A stretch of DNA of 64,000 nucleotides from Klebsiella phage vB_KM5a1-KLB31, in sequence record PP582757.1, one strand, 5' to 3'. Shown here in pieces: positions 29,223 through 38,932 of the stretch (within the stretch, counting starts at the first letter, position 1; each line of letters opens with the position of its first letter). The notes under the pieces were generated by a model. It did no database searches. It saw nothing but the letters and a program-made list of their open reading frames with translations, and had not been told where the DNA came from. Both the position numbers and the translations under genes were made by a program.

Positions 29223-30374
29223 CTACTCTTCAACAACTTTAATTGTTGAGTATTCAGCTGGAACCAGAGTCTTGTGTTCTTTCATGAAAACAGACGAGAT
29301 TCGTTCGACAACTTTATCATAGTCGATACCATTACCGAAAGCCATCATAATGATGCCAAACAGACCAGGTTTAGACTTCAAGACTGTCTGAGCAGTTACA
29401 GCATAATCTTTACGATCTTTGCCGGCGATAACAGCATAAAGTGATTCGAGTTCTGCAAGAGATTCTGTCAGATAGTCACGATAGATGTCTTCGAAGGTTT
29501 CGATTTTTCTGATAGCATAATCGTCGCCAAAGAACATTGCCTTGATATCGTCAGAACCACCTGCAATAATCACTTCAAACAGGCGTTGGTTATTGTTGAT
29601 TGAATCTTTAGTGTGGTGCAGTGCACTGTACCATTTAGTTTTCAGTTTAAATTTCTGGCCTGATTCGAGTTCAAAGATAAACCCTTCGATACCTTCTTGG
29701 GCTCGGATTTCTTCAATGAAGTCTTCGTTGCTCGTATCAAAGTCATAACCACGAACCAGATAAGGACGAAGAACACCGTCTTTAAAAAGCTCTGTGTACG
29801 GAACGTATTCGCCTGTATCATTTTCACGAACGTTGAGCAGAATCAGATTTCGGTCTTGATAATCAAGAACGATTCGATTTGTCGGAGCAACATACTCAAA
29901 GTTACAAGTAAAACCATTTTTAGCGAGTTCAGACACACGTTCTTTAAATGCATCATTGCTTGGAGCGGAAATCCATTGGAGAGCTTCGGCGGCCTGTTGG
30001 CTATAAACAGAAGTCTTTGACTTCATGCCAAGACGACCTTTGTCAATATAAGAAGAGATAAGAGAACCATCTTCTTTAGCCATTGCCAAGACGACTTTGG
30101 TCAGGTCTAACCCAATAGTGAAAGGACATTCATTAAGGTTAAAGAACTTTTCCATTGGACGAGATGCGATACGGACTGGTTTATCACCATCCATTTCAAA
30201 CATGATGCCACGGCATTCTAAAGCAGAAGGCTCAAGCCAATCAGTGTAAGAAGCTAAATGATAGCTGAACACGCGGAAATCAGTATCAAGAGCAGATTTA
30301 AAATCTTTGAAGAAGAACTTAGTTTTATCGCGTTCAGTTACAGCCATCAGTTCATTGAATAATTTTTGCATCAC
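29223..30374 (-). CDS. rnlA: RNA ligase 1
   Basis: Collinear with T4 Rnl1 as I recall it (ALECRGIMFEMDG.KPVRIASRPMEKFFNLNE.PFT, LTKEDGSL, NFE.VAPTNRIVL.YQ, ILLNVREN.TGEY, KAMF..D.Y..RKIE.FE). 383 aa. Confidence 0.92.
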   Translation of the reverse strand: MMQKLFNELMAVTERDKTKFFFKDFKSALDTDFRVFSYHLASYTDWLEPSALECRGIMFEMDGDKPVRIASRPMEKFFNLNECPFTIGLDLTKVVLAMAKEDGSLISSYIDKGRLGMKSKTSVYSQQAAEALQWISAPSNDAFKERVSELAKNGFTCNFEYVAPTNRIVLDYQDRNLILLNVRENDTGEYVPYTELFKDGVLRPYLVRGYDFDTSNEDFIEEIRAQEGIEGFIFELESGQKFKLKTKWYSALHHTKDSINNNQRLFEVIIAGGSDDIKAMFFGDDYAIRKIETFEDIYRDYLTESLAELESLYAVIAGKDRKDYAVTAQTVLKSKPGLFGIIMMAFGNGIDYDKVVERISSVFMKEHKTLVPAEYSTIKVVEE

Positions 30375-30781
30375 TTAACCTTATGTTGTGTATTCCACGG
30401 TGGATTGAAGAGCTTGATAAACATTGGCTCTTCCAAGTCAGTAGTAGAAACTGACATTGTTCCAAGCTCGTTTGTCATTGATAGGTTAAAACACTGACGT
30501 GCATAGAACTCTACCTTTTTACCAGATATTAACGCATCGTATATTGCAGCAGATTTAATCGAATCACTATTTTGCATTGTCCGATTAATGCTTGTTCTAT
30601 AATAGTTTATTCGTTTACGTAAGTTTTTAGTTTTCCCGATGTACATTAACTCTTCATCGACGGCGATAGCGTAAATAACATTTTGCTTATTCGGTACCGT
30701 AAGAGTTTGGATTGTGCAATCGTCATTGAGCTCTAATGTAACATACTTTATAAACGAATATTCATTTGCTATAGCTTGCAT
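30371..30781 (-). CDS. denA: endonuclease II (GIY-YIG family)
   Basis: Closely matches T4 EndoII as I recall it (EYSFIKY, NVIYAIA..EL.YIGKTKNLRKRINYYRT.INR, SDS.KSA, KVEFYARQCFNLSMTNELGTM, LEEP.FIKLFNPPWN.QHK). 136 aa. Confidence 0.92.
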   Translation of the reverse strand: MQAIANEYSFIKYVTLELNDDCTIQTLTVPNKQNVIYAIAVDEELMYIGKTKNLRKRINYYRTSINRTMQNSDSIKSAAIYDALISGKKVEFYARQCFNLSMTNELGTMSVSTTDLEEPMFIKLFNPPWNTQHKVK

Positions 30782-30788
30782 ATGAAAT

Positions 30789-30804
30789 CAGGGCCGAAGC
30801 CCTG
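30789..30804 (-). terminator. CAGGGCCGAAGCCCTG tetraloop hairpin between nrdB and denA
   Basis: 8-bp stem with a CGAA loop. Confidence 0.4.
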
Positions 30805-30807
30805 TCC

Positions 30808-31986
30808 TTAAAGATAAACTCTGAAACCGTTCAGCACATCTGCATCGACGTCATTATCGATTTGAGCAACCAAGTAAGAAGAAATTTCTACTTCTTGTGG
30901 TGCTGCCTGTACAAGGTCAGAGTTCAGATATTCACGAATCCAAGGAATAGGATGTCGTGTTGATTCAAGTACAATATCACATGGCAGGCCAGCAGCTTTC
31001 ATTCTGCTTACAGTCAGGTAATCAATGAACTGGTGCAGAACTTCAACGTTCAGACCTGGCAGACCACCATTACGGAACAGGTGAATGGCCCATTCTTTTT
31101 CTTGACGGTTCACATCCATGAAGATTTTTACTGCTTCGGCTTCACATTCTTTAGCAATATCAACCCATTCTTGTCCATCAGTACCAAGTTGAAGCTGACG
31201 AATAATGTACTGAGTAGATTTCAGGTGAAGCTGTTCGTCACGTGCAATGAACTTCATAATCTTGCTGTTACCTTCCATGATTTCCATATTCTTATGGAAG
31301 TTGAAGGTACAAGCGAACGAAACATAGAAACGAATTGCTTCAAGAGCATTGACAGAATGCAGACACAGATAAAGAGCTTTCATCAGGTCATGTTTGCAAT
31401 TATCAGCATGGTCACGAGCATCCTGAATAAATTCTTCGTCGTGTTCAGTGCCTTCATAAAATTCTACATCGGCAACAGCATTCTGCCAATAACGAGTTTT
31501 AGCCAGAACATCATCATACAATACGCCGATAGATTCTGCACGAGCCATAATAGCTTCATCGAGAATAATTTCGTCGAAGATTTTAGCCGGGTCAGCGAAC
31601 AGGTTACGCATGATATGTGTATAAGAACGACTATGGATAGTCTCAGAGAATGTCCAAGTAGCAACCCATGTGTCTAATGCTGGATCGGAAATCAAAGCCA
31701 TCAGGACCGCTGCAGGCGCACGACCTTGAATAGAATCCAGCAGACTTTGGTATTTAAGATTGGAAATAAAGATGTCTTGCTGGTGATCGGCTAATTTGTC
31801 GAATTGAGCCTTATCGGTCATCAGGTTAACTTCTTCAGGTCGCCAGAAGAAACTCAATTGCTTTTCGGTGAGGTCTTCAAATTGTTTGTGACGCTGAATA
31901 TCATAACGAGCAATACCAAGTCCTGAGCCAAAGAACATCGGTTCGTTCATGATATCAACTTGTTCTGTATTAAAAACTGTACTCAT
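30808..31986 (-). CDS. nrdB: ribonucleotide reductase beta subunit (intron-free)
   Basis: 392 aa. Di-iron RNR small-subunit features (E..H motifs, C-terminal tyrosine-containing tail). Continuous ORF, so no group I intron, unlike T4. Confidence 0.9.
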   Translation of the reverse strand: MSTVFNTEQVDIMNEPMFFGSGLGIARYDIQRHKQFEDLTEKQLSFFWRPEEVNLMTDKAQFDKLADHQQDIFISNLKYQSLLDSIQGRAPAAVLMALISDPALDTWVATWTFSETIHSRSYTHIMRNLFADPAKIFDEIILDEAIMARAESIGVLYDDVLAKTRYWQNAVADVEFYEGTEHDEEFIQDARDHADNCKHDLMKALYLCLHSVNALEAIRFYVSFACTFNFHKNMEIMEGNSKIMKFIARDEQLHLKSTQYIIRQLQLGTDGQEWVDIAKECEAEAVKIFMDVNRQEKEWAIHLFRNGGLPGLNVEVLHQFIDYLTVSRMKAAGLPCDIVLESTRHPIPWIREYLNSDLVQAAPQEVEISSYLVAQIDNDVDADVLNGFRVYL

Positions 31987-32147
31987 AGGGTATACATCCT
32001 GTTCATTAATTCTGGTGTAGGTCGCATTGCTTCAGCTTGACGGCAAAATTCTTCGTCTAAAGCCATTAGCCTTGCCTTAATCTTTTCTTTATCTTCATCA
32101 GTCAAAACGATTTCATGAGATAATGCAATCAAATCTTGAACAGTCAT
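31983..32147 (-). CDS. small protein (nrdA.x-like); unlisted 54-aa ORF
   Basis: Hand translation gives MTVQDLIALSHEIVLTDEDKEKIKARLMALDEEFCRQAEAMRPTPELMNRMYTL. SD GAGGAAG. Stop overlaps the nrdB ATG (ATGA). Confidence 0.5.
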   Translation of the reverse strand: MTVQDLIALSHEIVLTDEDKEKIKARLMALDEEFCRQAEAMRPTPELMNRMYTL

Positions 32148-32377
32148 TTAACTTCCTCATATCTGAAATCTAAAGACTTATATTGTTTGTTTGAGAATAC
32201 AACGCCAATCTTAATACCTTCCATAAGATTGTATAAAGCAGTATGGTGTTTTGCTTTAATAGGAACTTCTCTTAAATCTGCTCTTGTAAGCAGGCGTTCC
32301 TTACCATCAATAATCATATAGATGTCGTATGTCTTTTTAGCATGTTTCATTTTACTCTCCTCAAAAGGCTCGTCCAT
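32144..32377 (-). CDS. hypothetical protein (nrdA.1 position)
   Basis: 77-aa ORF between nrdA and nrdB. Confidence 0.45.
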   Translation of the reverse strand: MDEPFEESKMKHAKKTYDIYMIIDGKERLLTRADLREVPIKAKHHTALYNLMEGIKIGVVFSNKQYKSLDFRYEEVK

Positions 32378-32389
32378 GAGCCAATTCTA

Positions 32390-34645
32390 TTACAGTTTAC
32401 AAGCAGCGCAATCGTCGGCTTTTGGCATTTCAATTTCGTAATCGTCAGTACCAGAACCATCACGAGTATTATGATAATAAGCCGTCTTACCACCGAGTGA
32501 CCAGAAGTAAAGCATATCACGCATCATCGTTGACATCTCGACCTTACCTTTAGGGAAGTTCTGAGGGTCATAATCAAAGTTCGTAGAAATAGACTGACAT
32601 ACGAATTTCTGCATAATTGCAGCCTGGGTCAGGTAACCACGCATACCACGTTTAGTCATCTGCCACAGATAATCATAAAGCTCGATATTATCTTCAACCT
32701 TAGGAACAACCTGGTTAAACGAACCTTCTTTAGATTCTTTAACGCTTACTGGCCCACGCGGTGGCTCGATGCCGTTGGTACTATTTGATACTTGTGAGGA
32801 TGATTCACATGGCATAAGTGCCGAGAGTGTGCTATTACGAATGCCATATGTTGCAAGGTCTTCCCGCAGCTTCGACCAGTCACAAACATAGTTTGGCGCT
32901 GCGACATTGTCAATCTTTTTATTGTACCAGTCGATAGGTAATTCACCTCGAGACCAACGAGTGTCTGAATAATATTCGCAACGGCCTTTTTCTTTGGCGA
33001 GCTTGACGGAGGCAGTAATGAGTCCATACTGTAATCTTTCAAATAATTCGTGAGTCAAATCGTTAGCATCATCGTATGTAGCGAAGTTATTAGCCAGGAA
33101 CCCGGCATAGTTCGTTACACCAACACCTAATGCACGACGCTTTTTAGCTTTCAGAGCTTCCTTAACCGGATAATCTTGATAATCAAGCAGGTTGTCAAGA
33201 GCACGTACCTGGATTTCGGCTAGTTCATTTACCATGTCCTGGTCTTGGTAATCAAAGCTATCCAGAACAAATGCCGCTAGCGTACACAGAGCGATTTCAG
33301 GGTCATCACCACCGACATCTTTAGTAGGCAAGGCAATTTCACAGCACAGGTTACTTTGTTTAACCGTTGCGATGTCACGAATAAACGGACCATGGTCGCC
33401 GACATTATCTACGAAATAAGGATAAATTCGTGCAGTACCAGAACGTTCGGTGAAGAATGTTTCGAACAATTCGAGAGCTTTAATACGTTTCTTACGAACA
33501 GTTGGGTCACGTTCCAAGGTCGTATAAAGATTACGGAATGCTTCTGGGTCTTTAAAGTAATCTTCATAAAGCAGACCGGCACAAACTTCAGGGCTGAATA
33601 ATGTGATGTAGTCATTCTTAATAAGACGTTCTAACATCAGGTCATTAATCTGGACGCCATAATCTAAGTGACGAATACGGTTCTCGTCTACACCTTTATT
33701 GTTCTTCAGAACGAGAAGGTTTTCGACTTCTAAGTGCCAGATTGGATAATACAATGTTGCTGCACCACCGCGTACACCACCTTGGGAACATGATTTAACA
33801 GAAGCTTGAATAGTTTTCCAGAATGGAATCACGCCGGTGTGTTTGACTTCGCCATGGCCAATCTTAGAACCTTCTGCACGAATCATACCGGCGTTAACAC
33901 CAATACCTGCGCGTTTACTGATGTACTTAATGATTGAAGCATTTGTGGTATTAATCGAATCCAGTGAATCACCACCTTCAATAACAACACAACTACTAAA
34001 CTGACGAGTCGGAGTACGAACACCTGCCATAATCGGAGTTGGCAGAGAAATCTGACGTTTACTTACGGCATCATAGAAACGAACAGCATGCTTAATACGA
34101 TCAATCGGTTCGTCTTGATGCAGGCACATACCAATCAGCATAAATGCGAATTGAGGAGTCTCATATACCTTACCATTAGAACGGTTCTTGACCAGGTATT
34201 TTTCTTTCAGCTGCATTGTTCCAGCGTACGTGAGTTCGAAGTCACGGTCGTGGTCGATACGAGATTCAAGATAAGCGATTTCTTCGGCAGACCATTTCTG
34301 CAGGATTTCTTTATCATAAAGACCCGCATTGACAACACTAGAAATATGGTCGATAAATGACGGTGGTTCGAACTGTCCGTAGACGTCCTTACGTAACGCA
34401 AACATAGCCAGATTAGAAGCAACATACTGGAAATCAGGCTCCTGAACAGAGATAGCATTCGCCGCTACTTTAATAATAGCGATTTGAATATCACGGGTGC
34501 TCATACCGTCCTGAAGATATGGTTTCACTCGTTCGTACAAGTCATATGGGTCAATATTAGTATTTTTGGTTGCCCAATCCAATACTTGGATAATTTTATG
34601 TGGTTCAAACAGCGTTGCAATACCGCTGGACTTTACTACTTGCAT
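32390..34645 (-). CDS. nrdA: ribonucleotide reductase alpha subunit
   Basis: 751 aa. ATP-cone N-terminus and class Ia catalytic core. C-terminal redox Cys pair (CAACKL). Confidence 0.95.
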   Translation of the reverse strand: MQVVKSSGIATLFEPHKIIQVLDWATKNTNIDPYDLYERVKPYLQDGMSTRDIQIAIIKVAANAISVQEPDFQYVASNLAMFALRKDVYGQFEPPSFIDHISSVVNAGLYDKEILQKWSAEEIAYLESRIDHDRDFELTYAGTMQLKEKYLVKNRSNGKVYETPQFAFMLIGMCLHQDEPIDRIKHAVRFYDAVSKRQISLPTPIMAGVRTPTRQFSSCVVIEGGDSLDSINTTNASIIKYISKRAGIGVNAGMIRAEGSKIGHGEVKHTGVIPFWKTIQASVKSCSQGGVRGGAATLYYPIWHLEVENLLVLKNNKGVDENRIRHLDYGVQINDLMLERLIKNDYITLFSPEVCAGLLYEDYFKDPEAFRNLYTTLERDPTVRKKRIKALELFETFFTERSGTARIYPYFVDNVGDHGPFIRDIATVKQSNLCCEIALPTKDVGGDDPEIALCTLAAFVLDSFDYQDQDMVNELAEIQVRALDNLLDYQDYPVKEALKAKKRRALGVGVTNYAGFLANNFATYDDANDLTHELFERLQYGLITASVKLAKEKGRCEYYSDTRWSRGELPIDWYNKKIDNVAAPNYVCDWSKLREDLATYGIRNSTLSALMPCESSSQVSNSTNGIEPPRGPVSVKESKEGSFNQVVPKVEDNIELYDYLWQMTKRGMRGYLTQAAIMQKFVCQSISTNFDYDPQNFPKGKVEMSTMMRDMLYFWSLGGKTAYYHNTRDGSGTDDYEIEMPKADDCAACKL

Positions 34646-34938
34646 TATAAGTCCTCTAGTGAAAATGTATCTTTAAAAAGTTTGTTAACGATATGAGCTA
34701 TTATATCACCATGACAATCCTTTGGTTTACATGTGCAGCCAAGCCTCATACCACGAAGAGTCTCTAAGTGAGCTTTCGTAATTACTCCAGTTCTAATCTT
34801 TTCGATGAATTCAGACTTAAAAGCCGAGATATTTTCATCTCGGCTGCCGTCTTTATATGGGTTGCCCCACATCGTTCCACGTTGAATGTTCACATCGAAG
34901 TCGGACTGGTATTTATTCACCACCCGACAGACTCTCAT
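34645..34938 (-). CDS. conserved Cys-rich protein (GNPY...CxC..P..CHGD motif, DUF4326-like)
   Basis: WGNPYK, then LGCTCKPKDCHGDIIA. I believe this matches the DUF4326 family seen in many phages. Stop overlaps the nrdA start. Confidence 0.45.
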   Translation of the reverse strand: MRVCRVVNKYQSDFDVNIQRGTMWGNPYKDGSRDENISAFKSEFIEKIRTGVITKAHLETLRGMRLGCTCKPKDCHGDIIAHIVNKLFKDTFSLEDL

Positions 34939-35162
34939 TCACACGCTCTTAATGCTGCTTGAAGGACTTCAATAAGGTCACGAGCATGGTCTCGGTCCAT
35001 ATCAAACCCAAGACCAGGCGTATTCATTTTAATACGAATGGTATTATCGTAATTAGGATAACAGACAGCCTGAATTTTCTGCCAGTGTTTGTCTGTCACT
35101 AATTCTATTTTGACCTGGTGAAGCGTATCACCGGGACTATTGCTGTCTGTTCTCTTAATCAT
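34935..35162 (-). CDS. hypothetical protein
   Basis: 75-aa ORF. Overlapping start/stop with neighbours. Confidence 0.4.
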   Translation of the reverse strand: MIKRTDSNSPGDTLHQVKIELVTDKHWQKIQAVCYPNYDNTIRIKMNTPGLGFDMDRDHARDLIEVLQAALRACE

Positions 35163-36025
35163 ACTGCCATCTTCGCTTTAATTGTTGGATGGGATTCGTA
35201 ACCGACCAATTTGAAGTCTTTATGAGTCATGACTTCGGTCACATGCTTCAACTGACCAGCAGTTGTTACGCCTTCAGCATTGAAGTTTTCAGGCCAATTA
35301 ATTTCTAGTTCACACAGTTCTTTAGGCTTACGACGCAGGATTTCTTCGCATTGTTCTACATGGTTTGAATAGATGTGTGTATTGCCGCCTGAGAACACGA
35401 GGTCACCCGGAATAAGATTACACATCTTAGCTACGATATGCAACAGAGCGGCGTAAGAGGCAATATTAAACGGCAATCCTAAGAACACGTCTACTGAACG
35501 TTGATACCATTGCAGGTCTAAATATCCATTACGGACGTTGAACTGATAGAACATATGGCAAGGAGGCAGAGCCATCTGGTCGATTTCAGCAGGGTTCCAC
35601 GCAGAAACAATCTGACGACGATCATTAGGCAGAGCCTTGATACGATCGATGATTTTTACAACTTGGTCAACACCACCAAAATCGCGCCACTGTTTACCAT
35701 ACACCGGGCCGAGTTCGCCACCAGAGTAGCCAAGGTCCCGAGCCTGATTTTCATAGTTTTCGTCCCAAATAGTTTTACCTTCGATTAATGAACCATGCGT
35801 ACGTTGACGGAGTTCATTAACATTTGTGCTACCGGACAAGAACCAAAGCAATTCAGCAATACAAGCCTTCCATGCTAATTTCTTAGTCGTTACAGCCGGG
35901 AATCCTTGAGTCAAGTCCCAACGGGCCTTCGTCCCGAATACTGCAATTGTTCCTGTTCCAGTACGGTCATCAGTTTCATAACCAGTGGTAAGAATATGTT
36001 GAATCAGATGTTGGTATTGTTTCAT
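35159..36025 (-). CDS. td: thymidylate synthase (intron-free)
   Basis: ThyA motifs (RTGTGT, AELLWFL, PPCH..YQF, catalytic Cys in MALPPCHMFYQF, DLV.SGGNTHIY). 288 aa, uninterrupted. Confidence 0.95.
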   Translation of the reverse strand: MKQYQHLIQHILTTGYETDDRTGTGTIAVFGTKARWDLTQGFPAVTTKKLAWKACIAELLWFLSGSTNVNELRQRTHGSLIEGKTIWDENYENQARDLGYSGGELGPVYGKQWRDFGGVDQVVKIIDRIKALPNDRRQIVSAWNPAEIDQMALPPCHMFYQFNVRNGYLDLQWYQRSVDVFLGLPFNIASYAALLHIVAKMCNLIPGDLVFSGGNTHIYSNHVEQCEEILRRKPKELCELEINWPENFNAEGVTTAGQLKHVTEVMTHKDFKLVGYESHPTIKAKMAV

Positions 36026-36378
36026 TCTGCACCTAATATAAAGAGAATCTCACTGCCACGTTTATCGAATCTACCTCTCAGATAGACTGTATCTTCATTA
36101 TAACGCAGATTTTGTGCAGCAATTTCTTTAATCATTTGAACATGACTAATTAGGACCTTAACATGAATGGCGCCATTACTAATACCGTCTGGCCAGACCT
36201 GGAAACCGTTATCAGCATTACGAAGATTCTTAATATTACATTCAATCTCGTAGAAGCCATGGTCAATTGTATTAAACAAATGAGGATTGCGCTTATACGC
36301 ATCGATAGTAGGAACCGAACCTTGGATTACAAGAGCCCATTTCTTTTGAACTGCATCACGATCAATAAGGCGAATCAT
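36022..36378 (-). CDS. hypothetical protein
   Basis: Listed to 36438. Internal start MIRLIDRD preferred because of the overlap with the upstream ORF. Confidence 0.35.
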   Translation of the reverse strand: MIRLIDRDAVQKKWALVIQGSVPTIDAYKRNPHLFNTIDHGFYEIECNIKNLRNADNGFQVWPDGISNGAIHVKVLISHVQMIKEIAAQNLRYNEDTVYLRGRFDKRGSEILFILGAE

Positions 36379-36697
36379 AATGAACCTCTGTTTCAGGAAC
36401 GAAGTAGAAATCTGAACCATTCTTTTCGAACTGACCAATCATTGTAACAAAATCGCCTTCAAATGTGATATTACCAATTGAAGCAGCTTTAAGCCAGGAA
36501 CGAGTGTTACGTTTCAGGTTAGTAGTGAATTGTTTGAACGGGCCAAACTCACCAGTCATATATTCAGGGTCTTTGCTCTGATATGAATTACGAATTTCGT
36601 CAATTCGAATACGAAGAGCATAGATGCCTTTGTCAAACTGAGGACCTTTCCATTTAGGTTGGGTCTGGAATTTTTCAATCAAATGGGCTTGATACAT
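36362..36697 (-). CDS. hypothetical protein
   Basis: 111-aa ORF. Stop overlaps the frd start. Confidence 0.45.
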   Translation of the reverse strand: MYQAHLIEKFQTQPKWKGPQFDKGIYALRIRIDEIRNSYQSKDPEYMTGEFGPFKQFTTNLKRNTRSWLKAASIGNITFEGDFVTMIGQFEKNGSDFYFVPETEVHYDSPY

Positions 36698-37296
36698 TAT
36701 TTCACCTTATAAACCGTTTCGATGATTTGAGTAACTTCATCACATTGATACCAATGATTCTCAACCATTTTATATTGGTTTCGCATAGTATAGATGAGCT
36801 CTTCAGGCATCTGAACATCAGAGTTAACACGATGGTCTTTAATAATGTTGGTATGAACCACCTGGTCAACCCTGGTAAGCGCCTGTTGAATTAATTTCTT
36901 ACCGCCAATAATACTTACAGCCGTATTATTCCGGCTTACAGTAGTGTCCCAGGGATATTCCTTGGTGGCTGTAGAAGTGATAATAATATCACCATTCAAG
37001 AAGCGTTCGAACTCATCGTCATACATGATTTCAGATGCATACGTGCCATCTTTAGTCTGAGGCTTTGTACTCAGAGATTTGCAGACAACAATATGGCGAC
37101 GACCCGGCAATGGCTTTCTGAAGCTCATAAAAGTTTTAGAACCCATAATCAAAATGCTATTATCAGTACGAGCCTTGAAGTTTTTCATGTCCTGAGGAAT
37201 ATGTCCCCACGGAAGTCCATCACCCAGCCCGAAAGCGATTTCATTTCGACCGTCAACGGTCTTCGTATTACAAGTTGCAAATACTAATTGGAGCAT
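36697..37296 (-). CDS. frd: dihydrofolate reductase
   Basis: Similar to T4 Frd as I recall it (KTVDG.NE.AFGLGDGLPWG, NFKARTDN.I.IMGSKTF, PGR.HIVVC, VHTNII/HRVNS.VQ, ENHWY..DEVT). Real start probably MLQLVF. Confidence 0.85.
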   Translation of the reverse strand: MLQLVFATCNTKTVDGRNEIAFGLGDGLPWGHIPQDMKNFKARTDNSILIMGSKTFMSFRKPLPGRRHIVVCKSLSTKPQTKDGTYASEIMYDDEFERFLNGDIIITSTATKEYPWDTTVSRNNTAVSIIGGKKLIQQALTRVDQVVHTNIIKDHRVNSDVQMPEELIYTMRNQYKMVENHWYQCDEVTQIIETVYKVK

Positions 37297-37550
37297 CGTT
37301 CTTCCCACCATTCAAATACAGTGATTTCTTTAGAGAAGGCATCAGAGTCAATGAACTCGCCATCTTCATCATATAATGTAATGCAAATCATAGGATGAAC
37401 GCATTCACCTTCAGAAGCACAATATGCTTCTTCTACAGCATCTTTTAAGATTTGTGGTTTTACGCCAAGGAAAATCTTTTCGACTTCCAGGTCACCACGA
37501 TTATTACGCCATTCAACAAGAGTAATCATATTATCCCCAAAGGTCTTCAA
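37284..37550 (-). CDS. hypothetical protein
   Basis: 88-aa ORF. Confidence 0.4.
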   Translation of the reverse strand: MKTFGDNMITLVEWRNNRGDLEVEKIFLGVKPQILKDAVEEAYCASEGECVHPMICITLYDEDGEFIDSDAFSKEITVFEWWEERCSN

Positions 37551-37746
37551 TCATTTCGAATTCATCTACAAACCAATAACCTTCTTGTTCATAGATATCA
37601 AGTGGAACATACAAAACAGTACGGCCGTTAGGAGTTCCACCTGCCTGTAAAGTTCGAATTATATCGCCTTTCATGACATGATACAATTGCCCTGCTACAA
37701 GATATTTCTCGCAGTCTTTAGGGACCGGAACGAAGTTAATTTGCAT
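37531..37746 (-). CDS. hypothetical protein
   Basis: 71-aa ORF. Confidence 0.4.
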   Translation of the reverse strand: MQINFVPVPKDCEKYLVAGQLYHVMKGDIIRTLQAGGTPNGRTVLYVPLDIYEQEGYWFVDEFEMIEDLWG

Positions 37747-37985
37747 CAGCGCACCTCGATATAAGCAACATATTTAGGAAGAATATAACCATCATCACCT
37801 TCACCAATAGCAAAGCGATAGTTATTCCCACGACCTTGTTCCCATACTAAAGTCACAGTATGAAGGGTTCCATAGGTGGTTTCAATAACAAACGGCTCAT
37901 CATAAGCTTCGTTTGAATAAAGCGTATCCAAACAAAAATCAGGTCCAATTTTAACCAGACGAATATCTTTATATTCGAGTTCCAT
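37746..37985 (-). CDS. hypothetical protein
   Basis: 79-aa ORF. Confidence 0.4.
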   Translation of the reverse strand: MELEYKDIRLVKIGPDFCLDTLYSNEAYDEPFVIETTYGTLHTVTLVWEQGRGNNYRFAIGEGDDGYILPKYVAYIEVR

Positions 37986-38200
37986 TATAATTTCCTCAGC
38001 TCATCACGAATGATGTTAATGAAACGACGTGTCATTTCGATATTAGCTTCGCGGCCTAATCGACTGAAAATGCCTTTGGTCATATCATCATAAGTCACAG
38101 TCATAACTTTATTAAGCTTTGACAATGCTTCCTTTTGTCCCTTAGTTTCGGCTTCTTTAAGAGCTTTATCAAACTCTTCTTTGTTCATTATAATTTGCAT
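37985..38200 (-). CDS. hypothetical protein
   Basis: Listed to 38230. Start MQIIMNKEEF is coupled to the upstream Zn-ribbon ORF stop (TGATG). Confidence 0.4.
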   Translation of the reverse strand: MQIIMNKEEFDKALKEAETKGQKEALSKLNKVMTVTYDDMTKGIFSRLGREANIEMTRRFINIIRDELRKL

Positions 38201-38298
38201 CAACCCTGCCTCATTCCACAATGGAAACAACGTCCACCTGCAAACATCAGGTGGGCACCACAGTACTTACATTCCCAATCAGAAAGAATTCGAAACAT
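38199..38298 (-). CDS. 33-aa zinc-ribbon peptide (CxxC-X12-CxxC); unlisted ORF
   Basis: Hand translation gives MFRILSDWECKYCGAHLMFAGGRCFHCGMRQG. SD AAGGCGAG 5 nt upstream of the ATG. Confidence 0.4.
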
Positions 38299-38599
38299 GC
38301 CCACTCGCCTTAACCATTCGGCGAAGAGTTTCCATTCCAGCTTTAACAGCTTCAGAAATTTCTTCAAATGGTGCTTTAGTCAGAATAAAAAGTGAACCAC
38401 ATTTCTGGCCATGCATGCAACCGTGGATTACCTGGTCATCAAGTGGAATATCACCATAACATGACTCTACTTTGCCAGCAACTTTATTACCACGTGAATG
38501 TGGGTCAAATTCCAGATGGATATACGACACACCCGGAATAGTTTCAAATTGGCAACGGACCTTAACACGTGGATAACCTGTTACGCTAATTTTAGACAT
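38279..38599 (-). CDS. hypothetical protein
   Basis: 106-aa ORF. Confidence 0.4.
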   Translation of the reverse strand: MSKISVTGYPRVKVRCQFETIPGVSYIHLEFDPHSRGNKVAGKVESCYGDIPLDDQVIHGCMHGQKCGSLFILTKAPFEEISEAVKAGMETLRRMVKASGHVSNSF

Positions 38600-38877
38600 T
38601 ATTTCTTCGCCTTAGCAAGTTTGAATGCAGCTTTGAAAGCAGGAACATCGTCGATGTCAATCATGAAGCCACAACCCATACCTTCTTCATAAAGAGGGCA
38701 AAGGTCACAATAGTCATGCCAGGTTTTCTCTTTACCGCCAATTGAGAAGCCAGTGTCCATTGCACATAGGATGTCCTCAACACGTTCGAGTTCTTCTGGA
38801 TTCTTATCATGAATACAGAACAGCCATTTGCCACGATATTCAGAACCTAAGTTAATGCTTTCACGTTGAAGTTTCAT
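38599..38877 (-). CDS. hypothetical Cys-rich protein
   Basis: Start at the internal MKLQRES, because the promoter cassette occupies 38878-38932. Confidence 0.4.
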   Translation of the reverse strand: MKLQRESINLGSEYRGKWLFCIHDKNPEELERVEDILCAMDTGFSIGGKEKTWHDYCDLCPLYEEGMGCGFMIDIDDVPAFKAAFKLAKAKK

Positions 38878-38932
38878 TTTAATCTCCTTGTTGGTGTAAG
38901 AGTATAGTAACATGCTCCTACACCGTTGTACA
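38878..38932 (-). promoter_or_regulatory. early promoter stem-loop cassette (variant GTGTAC -35)
   Basis: TGTTGGTGTAAGAGTATAGTAACATGCTCCTACACCGTTGTACAC shares the family core. Confidence 0.45.

Noticed and set aside
30371-30781. GIY-YIG ORF as a homing endonuclease
   Set aside because: The sequence is collinear with T4 endonuclease II (DenA), a GIY-YIG family host-DNA nuclease, and is in the conserved denA position between rnlA and nrdB.
32378-32400. Plus-strand GTTTAC at the nrdA 3' end as an early promoter
   Set aside because: No matching -10 at proper spacing and no plus-strand gene downstream. Coincidental occurrence.
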